From NCBI RefSeq assembly GCF_001194135.2, contig NC_068990.1, positions 15,097,557-15,148,087 of the forward strand: a stretch of DNA of 50,531 bases, in the 5' to 3' direction. A program made the position numbers and the translations under genes. How positions within the stretch are numbered: position 1 is the stretch's first letter; the number at the start of each line of letters is the position of its first letter. The notes beneath the pieces were generated by a model that worked only from the letters and a program-made list of their open reading frames with translations, was not told the origin of the DNA and did not search any database. Origin of the DNA: Octopus bimaculoides (Eukaryota). Positions 37,705-46,700 of the stretch are shown piece after piece.

Positions 37705-37885
37705 GTGCATATTGACAACCTATGACAATGGTTGTATAGACTTCCTTGCACACACACACACACACACACACAATAGGCAATTCTCTTATCATAAAATATT
37801 AGATTCAAAAGACAGCGTAAGTGAGAAAAACACAGCTCACCTGGCGTATTCGTCGCGTTGATTCACGCGGGATGTTGAACGACAT
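7528..37885 (-). CDS. RNF115/RNF126-like: RNF115/RNF126-family RING-H2 E3 ubiquitin ligase, 9 coding exons, 241 aa: join of 37885-37841, 33689-33598, 30375-30315, 17470-17355, 15327-15268, 12580-12532, 11725-11632, 10610-10495, 7620-7528
   Basis: Hand-spliced: 45+92+61+116+60+49+94+116+93 = 726 nt, open to TAA, eight GT-AG introns with phases 0,2,0,2,2,0,1,0. The C-terminus LINQIDCNGVPPAEKDKIDSLPKVKITQQQVD-NSLQCSICLSEFILEEQVKQLYCTHQYHCICIDTWLSQ-HGNCPICR matches the recalled RNF115/126 pattern (LLxQxENTGPPPADKEKIxSLP..CPVC..C.H.FH..C..WL..H..CPVCR). The 94- and 116-nt exons also match the family as I recall it. The N-terminal exons are supported only by splice signals and phase. Confidence 0.85.
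7640..7870 (+). mobile_element. RTE-clade LINE 3' end, abutting the exon 9 acceptor
   Basis: Translates VDGTCRKKKPRKTWDEEIK (G.R.RGRPRKTW motif) followed by a cctgtgcaagcatggaa..tgttaaaa tail. Confidence 0.7.
7872..8290 (+). mobile_element. tRNA-derived SINE family A, full-length copy
   Basis: A-box TGGCTTTGTGG, B-box GGTTCATTCC, conserved tggcaccttgg.caagtgtcttctactatagc core, internal (TA/TG)n, tail gactgaaacaagt(aaaagagt)n. Confidence 0.9.
8700..8910 (+). mobile_element. Possible pogo/Tigger-like transposase C-terminal remnant
   Basis: ESLKDFADNDPKSQYNIK and, after a frameshift, YKEMMSHKQQLTLDKFS resemble Tigger C-termini (..DP..ER..K....Y.E....K.Q.TLD.FF). Similarity is weak. Confidence 0.35.
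9207..9548. other. Assembly gap (N)
   Basis: N run bounded by microsatellites. Confidence 1.
10495..10610 (-). CDS. RNF115/126-like exon 8, RING-H2 core
   Basis: Acceptor tttactttgcag, donor CAG|gtatat, 116 nt. Encodes C-x2-C-x14-C-x-H-x2-H-x2-C plus the conserved W-L. Confidence 0.95.
10941..11112 (+). mobile_element. CpG-rich tRNA-derived SINE (family D head). Older relatives at 11190-11317 (-) and 25500-25660 (-)
   Basis: A-box TGGCCCAGTGG, B-box GGTTTCGATTCCC. There is no acceptor stem or oligo-T terminator, so it is not a tRNA gene. Confidence 0.75.
11632..11725 (-). CDS. RNF115/126-like exon 7 (LINQIDCNGVPPAEKDKIDSLPKVKITQQQV)
   Basis: Acceptor tcttttttcag, donor G|gtaaga, 94 nt. Contains the PPAxKxKIxxLP pre-RING motif. 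Confidence 0.92.
11845..12185 (-). repeat. Interspersed repeat containing a tRNA-like cassette; second, permuted copy at 39355-39575 (+)
   Basis: D-arm-like GTGT-AATCGGTA-ACAC and T-arm-like GTGGG-TTCGCAT-CCCAC. Shared blocks are visible in both copies. Confidence 0.7.
12532..12580 (-). CDS. RNF115/126-like exon 6 (NIFHIYGGLRDSVISE)
   Basis: Acceptor tatttttcag, donor GAG|gtttgt, 49 nt, phase 2 to 0. It occupies the position of the ..GLDAIITQ exon. Confidence 0.75.
13222..13445 (-). mobile_element. Same piggyBac-related MITE family
   Basis: Ends in gtttaaatgctaaagggtta; the body is shared with the 21568 and 21992 copies. Confidence 0.65.
15268..15327 (-). CDS. RNF115/126-like exon 5 (LLLQPLSGLSEDTQNSGLSI)
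   Basis: Acceptor tctctttcatttcag, donor AT|gtaagg, 60 nt, phase 2 to 2. Confidence 0.75.
16345..16748 (-). mobile_element. SINE family B with an RTE-like 3' end and (GAT)n tail. Other copies at 2622-2765, 2791-2927 (+), 13520-14042, 19485-20600, 34890-35040 (+), 35370-35490 (+), 36020-36360, 41481-41760, 44503-44623, 45480-45597 (+), 46321-46469
   Basis: Recurrent catcatcatcgtttaacgtccgctttccatgctagcatgggttggac..ctacagctggatgcccttcctaacgccaaccac, with internal tandem units containing ttttacgtgccacc.gcac. Confidence 0.85.
17355..17470 (-). CDS. RNF115/126-like exon 4 (PWNSRENVQPESENLNSNSPQREDTENQDEIERFVRIQW)
   Basis: Acceptor ttgttatttag, donor TG|gtaagt, 116 nt, phase 0 to 2. Confidence 0.75.
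18489..18564. repeat. Inverted repeat with about 33-bp arms, next to (TA)n
   Basis: atatgcttttattaaagctgcaaaattgtcaca / tgtgacaattttgtagctttataaaagcatat. Confidence 0.9.
19035..19155 (+). mobile_element. Non-LTR retrotransposon RT remnant
   Basis: Translates SKFCREKEIEINKLQVKHILYADDLDI; YADD at 19095-19106. Confidence 0.6.
19576..20428. other. Assembly gap (N)
   Basis: N run; the flanks share 53 identical nt. Confidence 1.
20650..20681 (-). mobile_element. Isolated Tc1/mariner-like terminus
   Basis: Reverse complement reads TA-CAGGGTTGGCCAAAAGTCACCC; no partner end seen. Confidence 0.35.
21568..21785 (-). mobile_element. Same piggyBac-related MITE family, one end truncated
   Basis: ttaaccctttagcattcaa terminus; the body is the reverse complement of the 21992-22214 copy. 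Confidence 0.65.
21992..22214 (+). mobile_element. TTAA-flanked MITE related to the piggyBac at 26352-28343
   Basis: Starts ttaa-tcctttagcattcaaactggcc and ends tctgaacacgaaaggg-ttaa. The terminal about 45 nt resemble the piggyBac right end. Confidence 0.8.
23698..23854 (-). mobile_element. Mariner-like non-autonomous fragment
   Basis: TA followed by TIR-like TATTGGGTTGTCCGGAAAGTTCGTGCCGATTT, and about 35 nt later a transposase C-terminus KTLQFWEEGIFKLKERWRCIVQQIGSYLVD* (mariner W..GI.KL.ERW..V....G.Y motif). The second TIR was not found. Confidence 0.75.
23870..24045 (-). mobile_element. CR1/L2-like LINE reverse transcriptase remnant
   Basis: Translates VDGTLSDAHYVNSEVLKDSVLSTTLSLLHTNDLSSS*TIPTSYADDI, matching the SGVPQGSVLSPTLF...INDL...SYADD pattern. 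Confidence 0.75.
26352..28343 (+). mobile_element. Internally deleted, non-autonomous piggyBac-superfamily transposon
   Basis: TTAA at both ends. TIRs are CCCTTTAGTGTTCAGA (26356-26371) and TCTGAACACCAAAGGG (28324-28339), 15/16 match. Transposase remnants: acidic N-terminus; PLDY..FF..KFFETVAEETNKYAQ..W.PT...EI..F...IMFG...P....YWS; then VNSYIVY and a decayed C-terminal Cys-rich domain CRLC..KTSYMYLFCKVPLY..QFH. Confidence 0.9.
26757..26908 (+). mobile_element. Short Penelope-like element end inserted into the piggyBac ORF
   Basis: Flanked by an 11-bp direct repeat AAAATAATATT (26746-26756 and 26909-26919). Contains a 27-bp perfect inverted repeat and a hammerhead-like stem II plus GAAAC. 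The Penelope assignment is from recalled family features. Confidence 0.65.
29641..29877 (+). mobile_element. Second TTAA-flanked MITE family (other copies at 24142-24365, 43983-44295 and a fragment near 3020-3095)
   Basis: ttaacccttttg...aacaaaatggttaa termini and a shared body (tctaaattaaa..cttaataaagacaaagttattttactaaattctt). Confidence 0.7.
30315..30375 (-). CDS. RNF115/126-like exon 3 (SINMPLNPSSHDQSAASPNSE)
   Basis: Acceptor ttttctgtttccag, donor GAG|gtatga, 61 nt. Phase 2 to 0 bridges exons 2 and 4 exactly. Confidence 0.7.
31334..31348 (-). mobile_element. Isolated hAT/Charlie-like terminal inverted repeat; another hAT-like end at 10868-10905
   Basis: Reverse complement reads CAGTGGTTCTCAACC; 10868 reads CAGGCATGGGCAACCTTTTTT..GCAGGCCACA. 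Partner ends were not found. Confidence 0.4.
32843..33310. repeat. 31-bp minisatellite, about 15 copies, consensus GATCCCTACTGGCTTCTACTCGGCTCTGCAG
   Basis: Tandem units read directly. The overlapping 202/106/62-aa ORFs reflect this periodicity. Confidence 0.95.
33598..33689 (-). CDS. RNF115/126-like exon 2 (FLEEMLLNSLHISLAEEDSVSTPTNDPEFQ)
   Basis: Acceptor ttttatgtcag, donor AG|gtaagg, 92 nt, phase 0 to 2, open frame. Confidence 0.7.
34694..34760. repeat. (GT)n microsatellite; many other (GT/CA)n, (TA)n and (CAT)n tracts occur throughout
   Basis: Read directly. Confidence 0.95.
36953..37656. other. Assembly gap (N)
   Basis: N run bounded by (TA)n. Confidence 1.
37841..37885 (-). CDS. RNF115/126-like coding exon 1 (MSFNIPRESTRRIRQ)
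   Basis: ATG lies 5 nt after a strong acceptor (ctctttacag, AG at 37891-37892). Donor is CAG|gtgagc, phase 0. The exon is CpG-rich. An upstream exon is implied but not located. Confidence 0.6.
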
Positions 37886-38059
37886 CGTTACTGTAAAGAG
37901 TAACAGAAGACATGGTAAGTCAATGAAATAAAAAAAAGGTGGATGCTTTATCTTAGTGATTACTAAGAAATAGCTTGAAATAAACTGATATATAATTAGT
38001 GACATAGAAGTAATATATATTATAAATGTAAGTCATAGGCAATATAACGTGTTCACGCA

Positions 38060-38130
38060 CTATATATACATACACACACAATATATATACACAGATACAC
38101 AATATATATATATACACACACACTATATAA

Positions 38131-38168
<38 letters not shown>

Positions 38169-38241
38169 TATATAAATATTTATACACACATATACATACA
38201 TACACACACTATATAAATATATATATACACACACTATATAT

Positions 38242-38284
<43 letters not shown>

Positions 38285-38895
38285 TACATACATACATAAA
38301 TACATATTCTTTTATTTGTTTTATTTGTTTCAGTCATTCGACTGCGGCCATGCTGGAGCACCACCTTTAGTCGAACAATTCGAACCCAGGACTTACTCTT
38401 TGTAAGCCTAGTACTTATTCTATCGGTCACTTTTGCTGAACCACTAGGTTACGGGGATGTAAACACACGAAGATCGGTTGTCAAGTGATGGTGGGGGGAC
38501 AAACATATACATATATATATATATGTACGACAGGCTTCTTCCAGTTTCCATCTAACAAACCCACTCACAAGTCTTTGGTCGGCCTGAGGCTATAGTAGAA
38601 GACACTCGCCCAAGGTGCCAGCCAGTGGGACTGAACCCAGAACCATGTGGTTGGTAAGCAAGCTACTTACCACACAGCCACTCCACAAATATATATACAC
38701 ACACACACACTATATATATAATACATATATATATATAGACACACATACACTATATATATAATACATATATATATATATATAGACACACATACACTATATA
38801 TATAATACATATATATATATATAGACACACATACACTATATATATAATACATATATATATATATAGACACACATACACTATATAAATATATATAT
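38060..38895. repeat. Compound (CA)n/(TA)n micro- and minisatellite tracts flanking a SINE (about 42-44-bp unit at 38700-38895; a similar tract at 40845-41020)
   Basis: Units such as acacatacactatatatataatacatatatatatatatagac repeat directly. Confidence 0.85.
38308..38684 (-). mobile_element. SINE family A copy
   Basis: Reverse complement of 7872-8290. Confidence 0.9.
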
Positions 38896-39176
38896 ATAGT
38901 TTTAGGGAAAATAACTAAGTTTCAAGAACTCATCGATGAAAATCCACTATCACATATAGAAAAATTAACAATTAAAAGCACAATAAATGAGTATAATATA
39001 AAGTAAAGTAAATATCATAAGATAAATATAATATAATTATTATATCTATCTTATGATATTTACTTTAATTTATATTATACTCATTTATTGTGCTTTTAAT
39101 TGTTAATTTTTCTATATGTGATAGTGGATTTTCATCGATGAGTTCTTGAAACTTGGTTATTTTCCCTAAAACTATA
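38895..39176. repeat. Near-perfect inverted repeat, about 130-bp arms and about 22-nt spacer
   Basis: tagttttagggaaaataac..atcataagata / tatcttatgat..gttattttccctaaaacta. Confidence 0.95.
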
Positions 39177-39280
39177 TATTTTATATATATTTTATCTATA
39201 AAGCTCAATTTAATTTTAATTTTTTATAAATTGATTTTAATTGAGTTTTTACCTGTAATTTTGGACTTTGTCCCTAATAT

Positions 39281-39319
<39 letters not shown>

Positions 39320-39324
39320 CACAC

Positions 39325-39355
<31 letters not shown>

Positions 39356-41238
39356 GTATAATCGGTAAACAAAGGGATGTGGGTTCACGTCCCATGTGTA
39401 AGGGAAAGCCTGCTTTTCTCTGTCGAGGGCTTATATGCCCCATTATTAGACTATTTTCCTTAATCATTTGCACAGTGATCATTATAAGCTTTAAGCTTAT
39501 AAAAAAAAATACCATTATTATTATTTACAGAATTGTAAAACTCGACACCACTTAACAAACCATTCGCACCAAAATATATATATATATTCAATCAGAGGTT
39601 AAATTCGCCTGATTAAGGGATGGTATCATCCAATGAATTACTGGTTCAATACCTAATATCTGTTGTGAATAATAATATTCATAAAACAATAGATTTAAAT
39701 ATAAATCATGGTTTGTAATCATTCAAAAGAAAGTAAGAAAACACATATATCTATGTGTATGTATATATATGTATATGCACTGAATTAAAAAACGAATGCA
39801 TTTTGACCAGTATTAATATGTTTATGTATTATTTCTATATAAGTTTCCCTCAGTTTTATAAACTACTTTACTAAGCATTTATTTTATCCCCTCATTCCTA
39901 TGATACTCTTCTTCACTCTAATTCATTATTCAACCTCTGTTTATTTACCCATTATTACCCAGTTAAATTCACACTAAAACAACCTATAACACCCTAATCT
40001 GGTCAGATACCAATATTAGCCATAAAATAATACTCATTCTGCTGTGATGATTCTAAGATACAACACATTTGAAACCTAATGGAGTATTTTTTTCTACCCT
40101 CTGAAGAAAATTTGCCTAATTTAATGACATTTATAATTTACTATTTAATCTTTTAGGCTGAATTGAAACAGCTGTAAGGGACTATGTTTTATTTTTTTGA
40201 TTTTTGCAGATAAATTTTTATTAAATGCATATCTCCATTTTTTTACTTTCTTTCGAATGATTATAAACCATTATATATATATATATATATATATCAGTGA
40301 CGTGCCGCCTGTGTAAGCAAGGTAGACAGTGCCTACCCTGAATAAAATAGATCAAATGTAATATTTCTTTTTATAGCAAAATATGCACCTTATTCAATAA
40401 AATTATAAAGGTTATTCTGATTACTATGCATAAAATACAAAATATTTTAGTTTTTGTGACGTAGGTAGGCATAATTCGCCCATGCCTTTCAATCTCAGTA
40501 TTAAAACTATGCATAGTACTGCGTACTTTCCTACATTTTCTTTACGTATTATAAAAGCAGAAGTAGACCCGTTTTCAACTCAGTCATGCGCCCGTGTTTT
40601 ACTACATAAACGTCATGAACTGCCTACCCTGATAATATATACACACATACACTATAAATATATATATACATAAATTTATTAATAAGGGTAGAAATTGATA
40701 TTAATCAATTAAAACCAGTGGTCTAGCATATTAAAAAAATCCAAAGATTAAAATTATATTACATACAAAAATAAGAGGAATGATTCGGCATCTATTTCTA
40801 GCATATAGGAGTCCACTTTTGCTGGTCATTCCTCTTATTTTTGTATATATATATATATATATGCATATATACACACACACACACTATATAAATATATATA
40901 CACACACACAATAAATAAATATATATATATATATATATGTATATACACACATACACACTATATAAATATACATACACACACACACACTATATAAATATAT
41001 ATATTTATGAATTTCTGTCAGTCCACTTCCTTGCTTTCAGCATGTGTAAATTATAAAGTGATGATTAGGAGTGGTTAGATGGATTTAGGGTCTATCTTCA
41101 GCATATAGGTACAGAAGGCTCTGTGCCCTTAATTATAATTATATTTTATTCTATTATAAATCTCTATATATGAATTTACCTAAATATATATAAACTGTAT
41201 GTATACATATATAAACTGTATATATATACATATATAAA

Positions 41239-41282
<44 letters not shown>

Positions 41283-41444
41283 TAGCACGGGCATCTGGCA
41301 CAGCCTGGAAATGAAATTGTTCCTTACATATTGGAAGAAAAACGCAAAATATACTGTATAGAAATTTGTTATTTTAAATTCAATTTATTCTTCAATCGGG
41401 ATACAATTTATTCTTTGAGAAATCAATTCTGAATTCATAATACA

Positions 41445-41445
41445 A

Positions 41446-41481
<36 letters not shown>
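41445..41481. repeat. (AAT)n microsatellite
   Basis: Read directly. Confidence 0.95.
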
Positions 41482-42429
41482 CATTGTTTAACGTCCGCTT
41501 TCCATGCTAGCATGGGTTGGACGATTTGACTGAGGACTGGTGAAACCAGATGGCTACAACAGGCTCCAATCTGATTTGGCAGCGTTTCTACAGCTGGATG
41601 CCCTTCCTAACACCAACCACTCAGAGAATGTAGTGGGTGCTTTTATGTGCCACTGGCACGAAGGCCAGTCAGGCGCTACTGGCAACGGCCACGCTCGAAA
41701 TGGTGTATTTTACGTGCCACCTGCACAGGAGCCAGTCCAGCGGTACTGGCAACAAACTCGAAAACCGAAAATACAAAATTTACCGCTTTTATGAAAGGGG
41801 ATAAATTCCATCACATATGTTGAAAGAAATTACGTAAAAGCTTCTAGGTAAACAACATTCTTTGTTTTCTGGTTTGGAGCATAGACAAATATATATAGAG
41901 ATATATAGCCACATTTTGGTCCCTTGTCTATTACTTCCCTATTAAGCATAATAAAAGTGACAGGATATTGCAAAGGGAGTACGATTAAAGAGTGTAAGTA
42001 AGTGGCGAAAGACCTGGGTATATATAGAGTCGGAGGGGCTACTGGATTGCAATGCTACAGAGGAACAGGGGTGTGAAGACAGGGGAGTGAGAGTTAGGTA
42101 TAGTGAATGAAGGAGAAGAGAAGAGATATAGATTGGTTTGTTGGGGTAGGGTGAAGGAAAAGTTTTCATGTTATGTGTGGGTGCAACACCTTGATCGGGA
42201 GCTAGCACATGACAATAATAGAGTGAGACAAAGCATGTGGGTAGAACACACAGATTGGGGGGTAAGCAGAGTGGCACCAGGCGAAGAGGACAAGATTGGG
42301 GAGTGGGAGGTAATCATAGTACATGAAGCGGAAATGTGAGGAAGAGAAGAGATGGAGAGACATAATTTGGTTCGTTGTGGTAGAAAGATTTCTTAAATGT
42401 GAGTGGGACACACAGCACTTCTAGAACTG

Positions 42430-42880
42430 TTTAGCTGATGTGGGCAGGTCTTCTCAAGAACTTAATGTTACCAGACATTTCAGTCCATGGTCATTTCTTC
42501 TGTGAGGTCCAACTTCCTGAGATCAGTCCTTACCACTTCATCCCATGTCTTCCTGGGTCTCCCTCTTCCGTAGATACCATCCAGTTTCAGTGGTCAGCAA
42601 TTCTTTATGCAGCTGTCCTCATTCATACTCAGCACATGTCCAAAACAACATAGTCCCTCTTCTTGCATGCTACATTTGATTCCTCTTATGCCCAACTTTT
42701 TTCTCAATACATTTGCACTTTGTCGTACATGTGCACTGATGTTGCACATCCAGCAGAGCATACTACCTTCGTTTCTCTCCAGTCTACACATGACTTCAGC
42801 ATTCAGAGCCCATTGTGTATAGCCATTCATACACAACTCAGAGAGAGAGGCCTTTTGTTTGTCATGGATATATATCAATC
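42430..42880 (-). mobile_element. RTE-clade LINE 3' fragment
   Basis: Track ORF WALNAEVMCRLERNEGSMLCWMCNIS..LRKKLGIRGIKCSMQEEGLCCFGHVLSMNEDSC matches the RTE C-terminal RL.R.E..ML.WM...LR..LG....R..WFGHV.RM motif. Confidence 0.8.
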
Positions 42881-43409
42881 TTCTGACTGAAACTCAGTCT
42901 TCTAGATTTTCAACTTTTGCAATATTTAAACACAATCCACAATGAAAACCAAACTGTTGGCAAACATAATTTGTCTATGATTACTTGAACAATTGGAATG
43001 AAGAGAAGCGCTACAGACAGCATTGGTGAATACTAATTTCCTTGCCAGGTTCACTGTTACTCCTAAATCTATATTTATCACTTGTACATAACCTAAATAT
43101 CTCCAAAAGCTTTACAACTGCCCACCAAATAATCCAACAGAGATGGGAGGTCCAGGTCAACAATATAATAATTAACACTAACTTAATCATTGTTTTCACT
43201 GCAACTAAGTAATTACCCCCAGTGATTGGTTTCATTCATCATCATCATTTTATCATGCCAGCATGTTTCAGATGTCATTCATAGTAGCAGATTTTCTACA
43301 GTTCGATGCCCTTTTTGTTGTCAATCCTCACCTGTTTCCATATAAGGTAATACATCCCCATAGGCAAACATGTTAAAAACAAGGAGACACAAATACACAC
43401 ACATATATT

Positions 43410-43808
43410 GCGCAGAAGTGGCTGTGTGGTAAGTAGCTTGCTTACCAACCACATGGTTCCGGGTTCATTCCCACTGCGTGGCATCTTGGGCAAGTGTCTT
43501 CTACTATAGCCTCGGGCCAACCAAAGCCTTGTGAGTGGATTTGGTAGACGGAAACTGAAAGAAGCCTGTCGTATATATGTATATATATATATATGTGTAC
43601 ATGTTTGTGTGTCTGTGTTTGTCCCCAACATCGCTTGACAACCGATGATGGTGTGTTTACGTAGCGGTTCGGCAAAAGAGACCAATAGAATAAGTACTAG
43701 GCTTCCAAAGAATAAGTCCTGGGGTCGATTTGCTCGACTAAAAGCGGTGCTCCAGCATCGCTGCAGTCAAATGACTGAAACAAGTAAAAGAGTAAAAGAG
43801 AGTAAGAG
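43410..43808 (+). mobile_element. SINE family A, full-length copy
   Basis: Near-identical to 7872-8290. Confidence 0.9.
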
Positions 43809-44328
43809 TATATGTATGACAGGTTTCTTTCAGTCTATCAACCAAATGCACTCTATTTGTCACTGAGAAGGAAGTGCAAACAGCTTATATCAGACACATT
43901 TTAACCCAATTGCTCTATCTTGCAATGTTTTGTGATACTAAACACAAGATTCTCATCTCCCAATAAAAAAACCTGCTCCAAGTTAATCCTTTTGTTAGCA
44001 ACACACCTGAAACCACCCCTGGTTCTCAAATACAAACATCCTGTTGTAACACGTTAACTGCCACATGTACCACCAGTGCTTCATTGCTTAACTTCACATG
44101 ACAGCCAGTAACAGGCCCTGATGGTTAACATGTGAAAGTGATCTAAATTAAAACCTTCTGTCAAAAGTTTTTTTTTTTTATGTTCCAAGCACCAGCTTAA
44201 TGACAAACTTATTTTAATAAATTCTTCGTTATTTTCAAAATTAATTTAAAGAAAGACAGCATGCTTTAACAGAAATACAGCAACTAAAGGGTTAAGTAAA
44301 TCTGATCTAGACTTCCTGTCTAAATTTC

Positions 44329-44367
<39 letters not shown>

Positions 44368-44623
44368 TGAGGGGGGTATTGGATTTAACCAAACCCCGGA
44401 GGATACAGGTAATACCGAGTAAGTGCTGTATACCGATTAGTTTGCCCCAATCGTTGTATGAACAGGATTGGGTATTATAAGTCGTGTATTAGCGTATGTA
44501 TATCATCATCATCATCATCGTTTAACGTCCGCTTTCCATGCTAGCATGGGCTGGACGATTTGACTGAGGACTGGTGCAACCGGATGGCTACACCAGGCTC
44601 CAATCTAATTTGGCAGAGTTTCT

Positions 44624-45463
44624 NNNNNNNNNNNNNNNNNNNNNNNNNNNNNNNNNNNNNNNNNNNNNNNNNNNNNNNNNNNNNNNNNNNNNNNNNNNNN
44701 NNNNNNNNNNNNNNNNNNNNNNNNNNNNNNNNNNNNNNNNNNNNNNNNNNNNNNNNNNNNNNNNNNNNNNNNNNNNNNNNNNNNNNNNNNNNNNNNNNNN
44801 NNNNNNNNNNNNNNNNNNNNNNNNNNNNNNNNNNNNNNNNNNNNNNNNNNNNNNNNNNNNNNNNNNNNNNNNNNNNNNNNNNNNNNNNNNNNNNNNNNNN
44901 NNNNNNNNNNNNNNNNNNNNNNNNNNNNNNNNNNNNNNNNNNNNNNNNNNNNNNNNNNNNNNNNNNNNNNNNNNNNNNNNNNNNNNNNNNNNNNNNNNNN
45001 NNNNNNNNNNNNNNNNNNNNNNNNNNNNNNNNNNNNNNNNNNNNNNNNNNNNNNNNNNNNNNNNNNNNNNNNNNNNNNNNNNNNNNNNNNNNNNNNNNNN
45101 NNNNNNNNNNNNNNNNNNNNNNNNNNNNNNNNNNNNNNNNNNNNNNNNNNNNNNNNNNNNNNNNNNNNNNNNNNNNNNNNNNNNNNNNNNNNNNNNNNNN
45201 NNNNNNNNNNNNNNNNNNNNNNNNNNNNNNNNNNNNNNNNNNNNNNNNNNNNNNNNNNNNNNNNNNNNNNNNNNNNNNNNNNNNNNNNNNNNNNNNNNNN
45301 NNNNNNNNNNNNNNNNNNNNNNNNNNNNNNNNNNNNNNNNNNNNNNNNNNNNNNNNNNNNNNNNNNNNNNNNNNNNNNNNNNNNNNNNNNNNNNNNNNNN
45401 NNNNNNNNNNNNNNNNNNNNNNNNNNNNNNNNNNNNNNNNNNNNNNNNNNNNNNNNNNNNNNN
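44624..45463. other. Assembly gap (N)
   Basis: N run within or between SINE B copies. Confidence 1.
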
Positions 45464-45940
45464 TATATATAGGCGCAGGAAAACCATATCAAATCAGACT
45501 GAAGTTTGGTGCAGCCTTCTAGCTTAACAGTCCTGGTCAAACCGTCCAACTCATGCCAGCATGGACAACATGCTAAATGATGATGATGATGATGATATAA
45601 GGGAAAGGAAAGAAAGGAAGATGGCATTATTAAGGGTTTTAAATTTTAGAATATATATTATTTCTATTAAACTGGAAGAGTTATTAACATCACTAGTGTA
45701 ACTATAGCACAGACTAAAAAATGCATTGTTTTGTTCTAATGTCCCACTGTGCAAACAAAGCTAGAATCTTCAGTCTGGAGAAACTGTTAAGATGCTTAAT
45801 CTACTGATCTTCATTGTAATCCTCCTCGATCATAAACAGCAACTAATCTCAGATATTAGTATTCTAGAGATAAGAACGAAGATGCAGATGATGCAGACAA
45901 TCGGTTCGGTAACAAGATTTATTGATAAGGCAAATCTTTA

Positions 45941-46315
45941 TCTTTTATTTGCTATTTTGTTTCAGTTATTAGACTGCAGCCATGCTAGGGCACAGACTTG
46001 AGGAATTTCAGTCAAACATATCCACCCCAGTACTTATTCTCTAGTGGTCTCTTTTACCAAACCGCTAAATTACAGGGATATAAACACACTAACACCAGTC
46101 GTCAAGCATTGAGGACAAACACAGACACTAAACCACACACACACATATATATACACGGAGGCTTCTTTCAGTTTCCATCTACCAAATCCACACACAAGGC
46201 TTTGGTCAGCCTCAGGCTCAAGTAGACACTTGATCAAGGTGCCCCACAGTGGAACTGAACCTGGAACCATGTGGTTGGGAAACAAACTTCTTAGCACTCA
46301 GCCATCCCTGCACCT
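45941..46315 (-). mobile_element. SINE family A copy, diverged
   Basis: Reverse complement of family A. Confidence 0.8.
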
Positions 46316-46589
46316 CAAATCATCATCATCATCATGATCGTTTAACGTCCGCTTTCCATGCTAGCATGGGTTGGACGATTTGACTGAGGACTGGTGAACC
46401 AGATGGCTACACCAGGCTCCAATCTGATTTGGCAGAGTTTCTACAGCTGGATGCCCTTACTAACGCCAAAGATATTCACTCAGAATTACTAAATCAAATC
46501 TACTTTTAAAGACAGAAGGAATTTGGGATGTGAAGAAAATGAAAGAGATTTGTCAGTTATCAGTGAAAGAAAACTGTAATTCAGTGGAT

Positions 46590-46700
46590 TGAGAGTAGAC
46601 TTCTTTCATTCCTTTGTACAAGAGAAACGGTGATCCCCTGACTGAGGCTTGCACACAGTCCAGGATGAAAATATTGGAAAGAGTGTTAGCCCATCATGTG
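46590..46700 (+). mobile_element. RTE-like RT N-terminal remnant
   Basis: Translates PLYKRNGDPL...MKILERVLAH (P.YK.KGD....MK..ERV motif). Confidence 0.5.

Noticed and set aside
41940-42400. Purine-rich tract (pyrimidine-rich counterparts at 35480-35960 and 8500-8680)
   Set aside because: Looks like decayed low-complexity sequence beside RTE-related repeats; no structure I can support
9140-45627. Long ORFs of 156-340 aa spanning the N-gaps
   Set aside because: They consist of X residues from the N runs and are artefacts
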